Below, piece after piece: positions 14,005 to 22,591 of a stretch of DNA of 32,251 nucleotides (position 1 is the stretch's first letter; the number at the start of each line of letters is the position of its first letter). Origin of the DNA: a virus. Made by a program: the position numbers and the translations under genes. The DNA lies in IMG/VR virus record IMGVR_UViG_3300045988_093155; one strand, written 5' to 3'. A model generated the notes under the pieces. The model was not told where the DNA came from, made no database searches, and was given only the letters and a program-made list of their open reading frames with translations.

Positions 14005-14638
14005 AGAAAGTCAAAGAGTATGTACAGCGTTCAGAGAGCGAGGGCATGAAGCCTACAGTTGTGACATAATAGACCAAAGCGGAGGACACCCCGAATGGCA
14101 CATAATGCAAGATGTCTTACCATTGCTTGATGGCAACTGTGAATTTGAAACAACTGACGGTGTAAAACACGAGATTGACGGTAAATGGGATTTGATTATA
14201 GCACATCCGCCGTGTACATATTTGAGCAATGCAGGAGCACGACATTTATGGAAAGGACACAAACTAAATAAAGAACGATACGCAAAAGGTTTAGAAGCAA
14301 AGGGATTTTTCTTAAACTTTATCAATGCCAATTGTGACCGAATTTGTGTTGAAAATCCTATCCCGTCAAAAATTTATGGTTTACCGCCGTATTCTCAAAT
14401 TATTCAGCCGTACGAATATGGGCACCCCTATACGAAAAAGACGTGCCTGTGGATTAAGGGTTTAGAAAAATTAATACCTACAAATATAGTTGAAGTTATT
14501 GGCACATTTTGTCCAAGTGGTTCGTACAGCAATAAACACGGGGAGAAACACAAAGGCTTATTTACTAAAAACAGAGCAAAACAACGCAGTAAAACATTTC
14601 CCGGGATAGCAGAAGCAATGGCTGAACAATGGGGTTAA
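13982..14638 (+). CDS. C5-cytosine DNA methyltransferase-like protein with an atypical motif I
   Basis: ATG 13982 (MRVLIACEESQ). AHPPCTYLS resembles the PC catalytic motif IV. CVENPIPS resembles ENV motif VI. The C-terminus has RSKTFPGIAEAMAEQW. The usual FxGxG SAM loop is replaced by IACEES. Confidence 0.55.
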   Translation: MRVLIACEESQRVCTAFRERGHEAYSCDIIDQSGGHPEWHIMQDVLPLLDGNCEFETTDGVKHEIDGKWDLIIAHPPCTYLSNAGARHLWKGHKLNKERYAKGLEAKGFFLNFINANCDRICVENPIPSKIYGLPPYSQIIQPYEYGHPYTKKTCLWIKGLEKLIPTNIVEVIGTFCPSGSYSNKHGEKHKGLFTKNRAKQRSKTFPGIAEAMAEQWG

Positions 14639-14653
14639 AGGGGGAAACAAAAG

Positions 14654-14806
14654 ATGATTGAATTTATAAAAACAAACGCGTTTCCGTGCGTGATAATCGC
14701 GCTCTACATATGCGCGGCGATACATGACGGAGCGCGGCTCGAATTAGTAAGGGCGTTATACTGGCTTGCCGCGGCAGTTGTAAATGCGGCGGTATTGATG
14801 ATGTGA
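14654..14806 (+). CDS. Small membrane protein (50 aa, 2 TM)
   Basis: Not in the track. AAGGGGG SD. Sequence MIEFIKTNAFPCVIIALYICAAIHDGARLELVRALYWLAAAVVNAAVLMM. Confidence 0.5.
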   Translation: MIEFIKTNAFPCVIIALYICAAIHDGARLELVRALYWLAAAVVNAAVLMM

Positions 14807-14821
14807 AAGGGGTAACAGACG

Positions 14822-15187
14822 ATGAATAAAGCAACGATATATGATTTTGCAAGAATGTGCAATAATTTCAGTTTTAACTGTAGTGAATGCCCGTTGCACT
14901 TAAGTGGTCGCGGAATGTGTTTAGGTTGCGGTGAATTTATTATCGATTTAACTGATAAAGCAAACGAAATTATTTTAAACTGGTGCAAAGAACACCCTGT
15001 TGAAACACGACAGGACAGGTTTTTGAAGATGTTTCCGAATGCGTGGTTAGATGATAATAAAATGGTAGATTTGTGTCCGAAACGTGTTGATAAAAATTAT
15101 ACACACAAAAATCAACAATGTATAGATACAGATTGTGATGATTGCAAAAAAGAATATTGGCTTGCGGAGGTAGAAGAAAGTGAGTGA
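14822..15187 (+). CDS. Cys-rich hypothetical protein
   Basis: 121-aa ORF with several CxxC-type pairs (CSECP, CLGCG, CDDC). Confidence 0.6.
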   Translation: MNKATIYDFARMCNNFSFNCSECPLHLSGRGMCLGCGEFIIDLTDKANEIILNWCKEHPVETRQDRFLKMFPNAWLDDNKMVDLCPKRVDKNYTHKNQQCIDTDCDDCKKEYWLAEVEESE

Positions 15188-15476
15188 GCATGAAAGATTG
15201 GTTGAGTTGTTGCAAGATTGGGGTAATAAAGAAAATGACGGTGTAAGGGCAGAAAGCATCGCTGATTACCTGCTTGAAAATGACGAACGCCCAGCGAATA
15301 AAGCACTTGAAAAACAGATACCGAAAAAGGGAATTATGATAGGTGATAATTATTCAAGCGTGCTGTCCTGCCCCAAATGTCGCAATCCGATAGTAAATGT
15401 TTGGGACATTGCTAAATATGAACCGAACTATTGTCATTATTGCGGACAGGCTTTAGATTGGAGTGATAGCGAATGA
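15180..15476 (+). CDS. Zinc-ribbon hypothetical protein
   Basis: GTG start 8 nt after GGAGG. CPKC...CHYCG. Confidence 0.6.
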   Translation: MSEHERLVELLQDWGNKENDGVRAESIADYLLENDERPANKALEKQIPKKGIMIGDNYSSVLSCPKCRNPIVNVWDIAKYEPNYCHYCGQALDWSDSE

Positions 15477-15649
15477 AAGAACGAGAAAATTATATGCTCT
15501 GTTGTGGTTGTGGCTATGCAGTAAAAGAGAAAAATATATTCAAAAAGGCTTATCAAAATACTGCTATTTGTTTGTGCAGAAAATGCGCCAATGGGCTTGT
15601 TAAAGATATTGAAAATTGGAGTGAAACAAAATGTCAAAAAGCAACATAA
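15473..15649 (+). CDS. Cys-rich small protein (58 aa)
   Basis: Not in the track. ATGA overlap with the upstream stop. Sequence MKERENYMLCCGCGYAVKEKNIFKKAYQNTAICLCRKCANGLVKDIENWSETKCQKAT. Confidence 0.45.
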   Translation: MKERENYMLCCGCGYAVKEKNIFKKAYQNTAICLCRKCANGLVKDIENWSETKCQKAT

Positions 15650-15846
15650 TAATACATAAAGCTGACTGTATAAGCGATTATAACGCATTAGCATATATTC
15701 AAGAAGTTATTCGTGGCGGAAGAATAAGTAATAACGGTAGCTATTGTAGCGTTACAACATTTAAAGACGGAGTAATAGTCTACGCTGACAAAAAGAAATC
15801 GGATATATTTACAGTTACAAGGAGGGTGATGCAGAATGACAGATAA
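15631..15846 (+). CDS. Hypothetical 71-aa protein
   Basis: ORF with a GGAG SD upstream. Confidence 0.55.
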   Translation: MSKSNIIIHKADCISDYNALAYIQEVIRGGRISNNGSYCSVTTFKDGVIVYADKKKSDIFTVTRRVMQNDR

Positions 15847-16210
15847 ACAGATTATAAAAAATGCAGAATATCATAAGCTTGGAAATTGTTCGAGGTGTGA
15901 TTACAAAAATCATGGTAGCAACTGCTTGCACGAACTTCTCAACGATAGTATTAAAATGGCTAAGCGATTACGTGAGGATGTCGCAGACCTTGAAGAGGTT
16001 TATAATGATGGCATTGTATGTATCAGCCTTATAACGGCTGAAAATAAGTGGTTGTTGCAAAAATTGCAACATGCAAAATCCGAAGCAATAAGAGAGTTTG
16101 CGGAGAGGTTGAAATCAAAACTACAATGGGATACAGAGTTTGAGAATATGCTTGTATTTGAAACCGATATAAACAACCTTGTAAAAGAAATGACGGAGGC
16201 AGAAAAATGA
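15836..16210 (+). CDS. Hypothetical protein (Cys pair plus coiled coil)
   Basis: 124-aa ORF with a GGAGGGTG SD. Confidence 0.6.
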   Translation: MTDKQIIKNAEYHKLGNCSRCDYKNHGSNCLHELLNDSIKMAKRLREDVADLEEVYNDGIVCISLITAENKWLLQKLQHAKSEAIREFAERLKSKLQWDTEFENMLVFETDINNLVKEMTEAEK

Positions 16211-16596
16211 TAGATATTTACATTGATGATGTAAGAGTAAAGACGATAGGCTTATCCGAAAAACATAATCTTATTTTGGAAGCAAAGAGTGATAAGGAAA
16301 ATAAAGTTCAAATCTTGCTTGATGATGAGGAATTAAAAACCTTATACATATTGTCAAAGAACAGATGTGAAGTACAGGGTTTGATTCCGGTATATGACAC
16401 AATTTCCAGTACTGCTGATGTGGTAGAAATTAGGCAAGGTAAATGGAAAATCGAAGAATATAAAAATCATCTCAATGTTGTTTGTTCAAATTGCAACAAA
16501 GAGTTTTATGTTTATAAACAAGGGCAATATAGGATTGACCGTAGCAATTATTGCCCTAACTGTGGTGCGAAAATGGGCAAAGGACAGGAGTGTTGA
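16207..16596 (+). CDS. Hypothetical protein with a C-terminal zinc ribbon
   Basis: 129 aa with an ATGA overlap. CSNC...CPNCG. Confidence 0.6.
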   Translation: MIDIYIDDVRVKTIGLSEKHNLILEAKSDKENKVQILLDDEELKTLYILSKNRCEVQGLIPVYDTISSTADVVEIRQGKWKIEEYKNHLNVVCSNCNKEFYVYKQGQYRIDRSNYCPNCGAKMGKGQEC

Positions 16597-16598
16597 CA

Positions 16599-17021
16599 AT
16601 GAAACACAGGAATTGCCGCGGTGAAATGATTCCGCACGGTACGTTTCGGTTAAAGAACGGAGCATTGAGATATTTATTTAAATGCGATAAATGCGGCAGG
16701 ATTTACGCATACAGACATGAATCACGGGGCGATAAGAGAGTATACATAAACGAAAGCGAAAGAATGCTGAAAATATGCGAAGAGTGCGGCACTGAATTTT
16801 GGGGACACCCCGAAGCTCACACTTGTTGCATAGGCTGCGCGACAAAGCGGCGCATAAGGCTTACAGAGCAGCGAAAGGCAGCTGAGAAAGAAGAAATTAA
16901 GGAACGGAAGAAAAAGCCACCAAAAGCGTCATTGCGAGATTATTCAGAGGCAGTAAAACAGTATCGGGAACAAATGGGAAGATATTTATCGTACCGTGAT
17001 TTTCAGAGCGGTAATTATTAA
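16599..17021 (+). CDS. Zinc-ribbon protein with a basic C-terminal region
   Basis: ATG 16599 lies 8 nt after AGGAG (the track start is GTG 16590). CDKCG, CEECG and CIGC. Confidence 0.6.
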   Translation: MKHRNCRGEMIPHGTFRLKNGALRYLFKCDKCGRIYAYRHESRGDKRVYINESERMLKICEECGTEFWGHPEAHTCCIGCATKRRIRLTEQRKAAEKEEIKERKKKPPKASLRDYSEAVKQYREQMGRYLSYRDFQSGNY

Positions 17022-17025
17022 AGCC

Positions 17026-17054
17026 TTGACAAAACGCCCGAAATAGTATATAAT
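17026..17054 (+). promoter_or_regulatory. Sigma-A consensus promoter
   Basis: TTGACA 17026-17031, 17-nt spacer, TATAAT 17049-17054. Confidence 0.8.
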
Positions 17055-17076
17055 AATATAAAATGAGGTGAATATT

Positions 17077-17433
17077 ATGCAGTTTAAGATTGATTATCCA
17101 AAACCTAAAACATTATGGACAAAAAGATTCAGCTTAAACTGCTACTATTCGGGTGTTCATTGGGCGGTAAGGAAAAAAGACGCTGATTATTGGCATTTAC
17201 TCACTTTATCAGCAATAAAAAGTTTAAAGCCTACAAATAAACCTGTTATATTAACTTTTTATTTCAATGACGGATTAGATATATCCAATCACGCCGCTAT
17301 TGCCAAAATGATAGAGGACGGATTAAAAGGCAGAATAATACAAGACGATAATAGAAAATTTGTAAAAGGTCACGAATATTATTTTCACGATAAGGATTAT
17401 ATCCTTGTAGAGATTAGAGAGGTAGAGCAATGA
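17077..17433 (+). CDS. RusA-like Holliday junction resolvase
   Basis: ATG 17077 lies 7 nt after GAGGTG. The size is about 118 aa. GLDISNHAAIAKMIEDGLKGRIIQDDNRKFV resembles the RusA acidic motifs (D.sN..K...D.l....i.DD). Confidence 0.55.
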   Translation: MQFKIDYPKPKTLWTKRFSLNCYYSGVHWAVRKKDADYWHLLTLSAIKSLKPTNKPVILTFYFNDGLDISNHAAIAKMIEDGLKGRIIQDDNRKFVKGHEYYFHDKDYILVEIREVEQ

Positions 17434-18581
17434 CGATTGTCAATAAACCTACGGCAGAATTAAAACCGTATGATAAAAATGCAAAAAAGCACGATAAAAA
17501 ACAGATTGCAAATGTTGCGGAAAGTATTAAACAATTCGGTTTTGTGCAACCGATAGTCTTAGACAAAGACAACAATGTTATTATCGGACATTGCAGACTT
17601 GAAGCAGCGAAGAAACTACACCTTGCGAAAGTGCCGTGCGTTATGGCGGATGATTTAACCGATGAGCAGGTTAAGAAACTACGCCTTTTAGACAACAAAT
17701 TGAATGAAAGCGACTGGGAGATAGACCTCATAGCAGAGGAAATAGCCGACCTCGATTTTGACGGTTTTGATGTGGGCTGGGAGTTGCCCGAAGATGAAGA
17801 AGCGGAAATAATCGAGGACGAAGCCCCCGAAGTTGACGAAGAAACCGAGCCTATAACAAAACTCGGCGATATTTGGCAATTAGGCGGACACCGTTTAATG
17901 TGCGGCGATAGCACCGACAAGGAAACTGTTGAATTGCTTATGAATGAAAATAAAGCGGATATGGTATTTAATGACCCGCCTTACGGAATCGATATTGTTT
18001 CAAACAACAAAGTCGGTGGCGGTGGCGCAACTCATTTTGAAAAAGTAGGGGGGGATATTGTTCAAGCCTCCGCTTATATGGCTATCAAAGGCGATAATAC
18101 GACTGATACTGCAAGACTTAATTATGAGATTATAAAAGACCTCTCCAAAAATCAAATTATATTTGGCGGCAATTATTTTACAGACTTTTTACCTCCAAAA
18201 GCTTGTTGGTGTATTTGGGATAAAGAAAACACAGGTAATTTTGCTGATGTTGAAATGGCTTGGACTTCTTTTGATAAGGGAGCAAAACTTTATAGGTGGC
18301 TATGGAATGGGCTTTGTAGAAAAGGCGAAAGAAGTATTGAGGGTAAATCGAGAGTGCCCCCCACGCAAAAGCCTGTGGGTTTGATTGCTGAAATATTAAA
18401 AGACTTTACAAACGAAAACGATATTATTCTTGATTGTTTTGGCGGTAGTGGCTCAACATTGATAGCTTGCGAACAGATAGACCGGCAATGCTATATGATT
18501 GAATATGAAGCATACTATTGCGATGTAATAATCAAGAGATGGGAAGCATTGACAGGAGAAAAAGCCGTTAAATTAAATTAA
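17430..18581 (+). CDS. ParB-like N-terminal domain fused to an N6-adenine/N4-cytosine DNA methyltransferase
   Basis: The N-terminus has LKPYDKNAKKHDKKQI...GFVQPIVLD..NNVIIGHCRLEAAKKL (ParB/Sulfiredoxin fold). An acidic linker follows. Then come GGHRLMCGDS, DPPY (motif IV) and ILDCFGGSGST (motif I). Confidence 0.9.
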   Translation: MTIVNKPTAELKPYDKNAKKHDKKQIANVAESIKQFGFVQPIVLDKDNNVIIGHCRLEAAKKLHLAKVPCVMADDLTDEQVKKLRLLDNKLNESDWEIDLIAEEIADLDFDGFDVGWELPEDEEAEIIEDEAPEVDEETEPITKLGDIWQLGGHRLMCGDSTDKETVELLMNENKADMVFNDPPYGIDIVSNNKVGGGGATHFEKVGGDIVQASAYMAIKGDNTTDTARLNYEIIKDLSKNQIIFGGNYFTDFLPPKACWCIWDKENTGNFADVEMAWTSFDKGAKLYRWLWNGLCRKGERSIEGKSRVPPTQKPVGLIAEILKDFTNENDIILDCFGGSGSTLIACEQIDRQCYMIEYEAYYCDVIIKRWEALTGEKAVKLN

Positions 18582-18595
18582 GTGAAGTGAGATGA

Positions 18596-18997
18596 ATGGC
18601 GAATGGCAAACTGAAAAACGAAAATCGACCGCATAAGTTAACTGCGGAAGAAGCGCGAAAAGGCGGAAAAAATTCCGTAAAGTCTCGGAAACAAAAGAAA
18701 ACGATACAAAATATCCTTACTGCCTTATGCGATAGCAAATGTTCAGATATACCGCAGTTTAATAAAATAGCCGCTAAATTAGGATTAGACGGCGATAAAA
18801 GCGTCAAAGAGTTATTTACCCTCGTATCTACATTAAACGCTTTGAAAACGGCTAAAATGGACGATTTGGGGAAAATGGCAGAGTTGTTAGGCGAACAGAG
18901 AGAGAAAGACGAAAATCTTGAAAGCGTACAGAAAACGCTTATAAAGATAAAGGAGACGGCTATTGAATACAATCGAAATAAGTCCGAAACAGAGTGA
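18596..18997 (+). CDS. Probable terminase small subunit
   Basis: 133 aa, directly upstream of and overlapping TerL. It has a basic N-terminus (LTAEEARKGGKNSVKSRKQKK). The assignment rests on position. Confidence 0.5.
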   Translation: MANGKLKNENRPHKLTAEEARKGGKNSVKSRKQKKTIQNILTALCDSKCSDIPQFNKIAAKLGLDGDKSVKELFTLVSTLNALKTAKMDDLGKMAELLGEQREKDENLESVQKTLIKIKETAIEYNRNKSETE

Positions 18998-20186
18998 ATA
19001 CATCTTAAACGCAAATAGCCGTTGGAATATCAAAATGGGAGCAACGCAGAGTGGGAAAACCTATCTTGATACACGGTATTTAATTCCCCAAAGACTGCTT
19101 GAAAGAAAAGGCAAAGAGGGGTTGAACTTCATTGTGGGCGTTACAAAGGAAACAATAGAACGAAATGTTCTGTCGAAAATGCGCGCTTTGTGGGGGACTG
19201 ATAGAGTATCGGAGATAAACTCTAAAAACCGTGCAAAGATATTCGGTGAAATGGTATATTGTATCGGGGCAAAGGATAAAGGACAGGCGGCGGCATTTCG
19301 TGGAGCAACGGCAAAATATTTGTATATAGATGAGTTCCCCGATATTTCCGAAGATGTATTCAGTATATTTTCTTCCCGTCTGTCAATGCCGTATTCTTGT
19401 GCTGATATGACGGGAAATCCTAAAGACCCTGCACACTGGTCGGAGAATTTTATAGCAAGCGACAGGGATATATATTTTCAGCGATATACTCTGTATGACA
19501 ATCCTTTTCTTTCGCCTGAAACAGTACACAATATTGAACGAGACTATAAAGGCACGGTATATTTTGACCGTTATGTTTTAGGATTGCCGAAAAGGGCAGA
19601 GGGAATTGTATTTCAGAATTTTGCCGACAATACAGAAAATTATCTTGTAGACAATATCGAAACAGGTTTCCGGTGGTGTGGCGTAGGTTATGACTTAGGC
19701 GGCAACAAATCAAATTATGCCTTGGTTGCTTCCGCTTTAGGCTATGACGGCATTCTGTATGTGTTGAAAGCCGTTGAAATAGAACCACAGTATTTAAAAA
19801 TAGAAGATGTAGAAAAAGCCGCGCAGGACTTTATAGAGAGCGTAGAAAGCGAATATAATACCCGTGCCGGGATTTGCTATGTGGACGATAACTATTATAC
19901 CACAGTAAACGGCTTGAACGATTGGCGATATATCTTTGATATCGCGGCAAAAATAAAGGGGAACATGCCGCTTGAAGATAGACCGCGAATGTTATCAAAA
20001 CTTATGGCACAGGGAAGGTTTAAATTGGTAAAAGGCAAGTGCGAACCGCTTATATTTCAATTGCAAAATGCCGTGTTCGATGATAAGAGCGGGAAAACGA
20101 TTATACTTGATGACGGCAGCATGCACATTGATGAAATAGACGCGTTATTCTATTCTGTTGCTGATAATTATGCATATTTAACATAG
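18963..20186 (+). CDS. terL: Terminase large subunit
   Basis: TTG start 7 nt after AGGAG. Walker A GATQSGKT and Walker B YLYIDE are present. The C-terminal half is nuclease-like (GYDLGGNKSNYALV). Confidence 0.9.
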   Translation: MNTIEISPKQSEYILNANSRWNIKMGATQSGKTYLDTRYLIPQRLLERKGKEGLNFIVGVTKETIERNVLSKMRALWGTDRVSEINSKNRAKIFGEMVYCIGAKDKGQAAAFRGATAKYLYIDEFPDISEDVFSIFSSRLSMPYSCADMTGNPKDPAHWSENFIASDRDIYFQRYTLYDNPFLSPETVHNIERDYKGTVYFDRYVLGLPKRAEGIVFQNFADNTENYLVDNIETGFRWCGVGYDLGGNKSNYALVASALGYDGILYVLKAVEIEPQYLKIEDVEKAAQDFIESVESEYNTRAGICYVDDNYYTTVNGLNDWRYIFDIAAKIKGNMPLEDRPRMLSKLMAQGRFKLVKGKCEPLIFQLQNAVFDDKSGKTIILDDGSMHIDEIDALFYSVADNYAYLT

Positions 20187-20196
20187 GAGGTTTAAA

Positions 20197-20538
20197 ATGC
20201 GCGAGGTAGACATTTTAGGAGTAAAATATACCATAAAAGCAGATAATTCAAACAATCCCAAACTTATAGATTCAAATGCTTATTGTGAAGTATATTCAAA
20301 AGAAATAGTATATGATGAGAATTTAAAACATAATTATTATGATTGCAGAAGCGTTAATAACTTTGAAGAATTTGCGAAGAAAGTATTAAGACATGAAGCA
20401 ATGCATGCTATATTTCATGAAAGCGGCTGCACAGAATGGGAAACAGACGAAATCTTGGTCGACTTTATAGCTGTGCAATACCCTAAAATTAAAAAGATAT
20501 TTGAAGAAATAGAAAAAAGTTTTAACGAGGTGGAATGA
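20197..20538 (+). CDS. HExxH-motif protein (putative zinc metallopeptidase)
   Basis: 113 aa with a GGAGG SD. LRHEAMHAIFHESG contains HEAMH, with a further H/E shortly downstream. Confidence 0.55.
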   Translation: MREVDILGVKYTIKADNSNNPKLIDSNAYCEVYSKEIVYDENLKHNYYDCRSVNNFEEFAKKVLRHEAMHAIFHESGCTEWETDEILVDFIAVQYPKIKKIFEEIEKSFNEVE

Positions 20539-21908
20539 TGAAAAACGCGTTACATAATTTTTGGATTGCACTATTAACAAAGCTCAATAACAAAATCAAT
20601 CAAGCGTTAAATATTGCAGACCCTAACAATACATCGCTTATTAACGCCGGCGATGGGGATAAAATAAACTTTTTTGCTATGGTAATAAAAAAAGTATTAA
20701 ACCGTGCATTAATGGGCGCGGAATTTGACGTTATATCAGATAGCGCTCCCGTTGAGCCGTTAAAAGAACTATGCCAAAATTTAAATGAAAATGCGTACCG
20801 TATAACCGCGAATATGATAGGAGGGAATCCTCACTCGGAGTGTTGGGTTGTTCCTGCCTTTGTGTCCAAAAACGGAAACCAAAAATTAACGCATAGCATT
20901 ATAAGCGGAGATAGAATATGTATAACCGAAATGCGAGATAATGACACTATATCAGAATGTTTCGTGGTGCTTAACGTAATTGAACGCCGCGACAAAAAAT
21001 ATTTTTTGTGCAGGAAACACAACCTTGACGACAACGGAAATTTAACAATATCATATTTTGTGGCTGACAATGAAGCAAACGAAATTGAAGCAAATATACC
21101 TGAATGGGACAGCTTTATAAATCAAGAAATAACATATCAAGGTGCAAATCATATTGGTTTTGGAAGGTATAAATCTCCTGTAATTCCCTTGAATAATGAA
21201 ACTATATACGGCGTACCGTTAAATTACAGCTGTCAATTCATAGAGCAAAAACTGCAAGAAGCAGCGAATCTTATATCGCACGAAATGAAAGCAAGTAAAA
21301 AAATGCTCTTCCCAGATTATTCTATCGCAAAAGAAGATGGTCGCGGCAATGCAATAGGGTTACAATATGCAATAGACGGTTATATTTACCCGATTAAGAA
21401 AAAAGCGGGGGTAGATGGTAGCCTCATTGATGAGTACTGCCCTAACGTACGATATAGCGAATATGCTTCATATCTTGAAAATTTGCTTTGCCAATATCAG
21501 GCGCAAATGGGAGTGCGTGACCTTATAACTCACACAGAGAACACAAACGGGGCAACGGCTACAGAAATTAAGAGCAAAAATGCTGATAATCTTGCGCTTG
21601 AAACAAGTATAAGAAAAGCATTGCGTAAAGGCAATATAATGACACTTGAAGCCGATTCGATATATTTAGGGATTCCGCGCGATTTGTGGGAATATGACGA
21701 AGACTTCAAAGATATTTACGAGGACGAACAGCAAACACTTAACAATCTGATGTCATTATATAATACCGGAGCTATTGAGCTTGAAGATATTATAAAATAT
21801 TGGTTCCCGACTTATAGCGATGAGCAAGTAGCGGAAAAGATAGCAAGGATAAACGAAGCAAAGGCAAACGATGTTAATAAAAGCATAGAAGATATGCTAA
21901 ACATGTAA
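20535..21908 (+). CDS. Portal protein
   Basis: 457 aa. It is the first large gene after TerL and is followed by an SPP1 gp7-type minor capsid gene. Assignment rests on size and position. Confidence 0.75.
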   Translation: MMKNALHNFWIALLTKLNNKINQALNIADPNNTSLINAGDGDKINFFAMVIKKVLNRALMGAEFDVISDSAPVEPLKELCQNLNENAYRITANMIGGNPHSECWVVPAFVSKNGNQKLTHSIISGDRICITEMRDNDTISECFVVLNVIERRDKKYFLCRKHNLDDNGNLTISYFVADNEANEIEANIPEWDSFINQEITYQGANHIGFGRYKSPVIPLNNETIYGVPLNYSCQFIEQKLQEAANLISHEMKASKKMLFPDYSIAKEDGRGNAIGLQYAIDGYIYPIKKKAGVDGSLIDEYCPNVRYSEYASYLENLLCQYQAQMGVRDLITHTENTNGATATEIKSKNADNLALETSIRKALRKGNIMTLEADSIYLGIPRDLWEYDEDFKDIYEDEQQTLNNLMSLYNTGAIELEDIIKYWFPTYSDEQVAEKIARINEAKANDVNKSIEDMLNM

Positions 21909-21976
21909 AATCAATGGTCGTTGCTGCAATATCTGCAATAACCACTTATTTTTTTAAAAAACTCTGAAAAAAGGTA

Positions 21977-22005
21977 CTGACATTTGTATGCTATTGTGAT
22001 AGAAT
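21977..22005 (+). promoter_or_regulatory. Probable promoter inside the head module
   Basis: cTGACA 21977-21982, 17-nt spacer, TGa-TAGAAT (22000-22005). Confidence 0.5.
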
Positions 22006-22033
22006 GTATTACAGAAAAAGGGGGGAATGAAAG

Positions 22034-22216
22034 ATGACAAATTACGAATGTATAAAAGAAGCAAATATAAATGAAATGACTGCCGTAATCGTGGCGGTGA
22101 TGCGGTCAAGTATTTGCGAGTTCTGTATTCACGGAGAATGCGCAACAACAGGCAAATGCACAAAAAAAGACACATGGCAAATTGTGAAAGAATGGTTAAA
22201 TACGGAGGTGAAATAA
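22034..22216 (+). CDS. Cys-containing hypothetical protein (60 aa)
   Basis: GGGGGGA SD. CEFCIHGEC..GKC. Confidence 0.55.
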   Translation: MTNYECIKEANINEMTAVIVAVMRSSICEFCIHGECATTGKCTKKDTWQIVKEWLNTEVK

Positions 22217-22374
22217 CGAATACAAATAAAAACAAACACGGGGTATATATCCCTGCTGACCTATGGGAACAGTTACAAGACTTTTGCGAAAAGCATTACA
22301 ATGTTTCCTGTTCTGCGGTTATATGCAGAGCGATAAAAGAATTGATTGAAAAGGAGGGTGGGCAGATTATATGA
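22192..22374 (+). CDS. Ribbon-helix-helix (CopG/Arc-like) DNA-binding protein
   Basis: ATG 22192 is in the frame of track ORF 22114. HGVYIPADLWEQLQDFCEKHYNVSCSAVICRAIKELIEKE fits a beta-strand plus two-helix RHH pattern. The start overlaps the upstream gene by 25 nt. Confidence 0.5.
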   Translation: MVKYGGEITNTNKNKHGVYIPADLWEQLQDFCEKHYNVSCSAVICRAIKELIEKEGGQII

Positions 22375-22571
22375 TTTTATTTGCGCGGAAAATAATAGAG
22401 TTATTGTACTTCAAGGGCGTTATTGATAAAAAAGAATATAACCACATTATCGATACAATACAAGAACGCTTCCCGATTGAGACAACAATCGAAGCAATTG
22501 ATGATGTAATTAAGGAAAGCAAAGGTGAAAAAAATGCAAAATTTAAAGAAAGCTGTTCTTGCAGCTATTAA
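22371..22571 (+). CDS. Hypothetical 66-aa protein
   Basis: ATGA overlap with the RHH gene. GGAGGGTGGG SD. Confidence 0.5.
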   Translation: MILFARKIIELLYFKGVIDKKEYNHIIDTIQERFPIETTIEAIDDVIKESKGEKNAKFKESCSCSY

Positions 22572-22591
22572 TAAGTTGGCAAGGTGATTGA

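Noticed and set aside
17414-17920. 168-aa minus-strand ORF, the longest antisense ORF in the window.
   Set aside because: It lies wholly antisense to the well-supported ParB-MTase gene. Its product is low-complexity and Ser-rich, as expected from reading the acidic GAA/GAT-rich linker backwards. There is no SD. It is a shadow ORF.
18163-18384. Plus-strand alternative-frame ORFs inside larger genes (18163..18384 in the MTase, 24522..24794 in the scaffold, 25320..25691 in the capsid gene, 13354..13566 in the initiator).
   Set aside because: They are embedded out of frame in well-supported genes, have no SD, and give basic, low-complexity products.
21916-21956. Terminator after the portal gene.
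   Set aside because: The stem (GGTcgTTGC with GCAAtaACC) has a 2x2 mismatch and only 7 paired bases. The T7 run alone is not convincing, so it is not listed as a feature.
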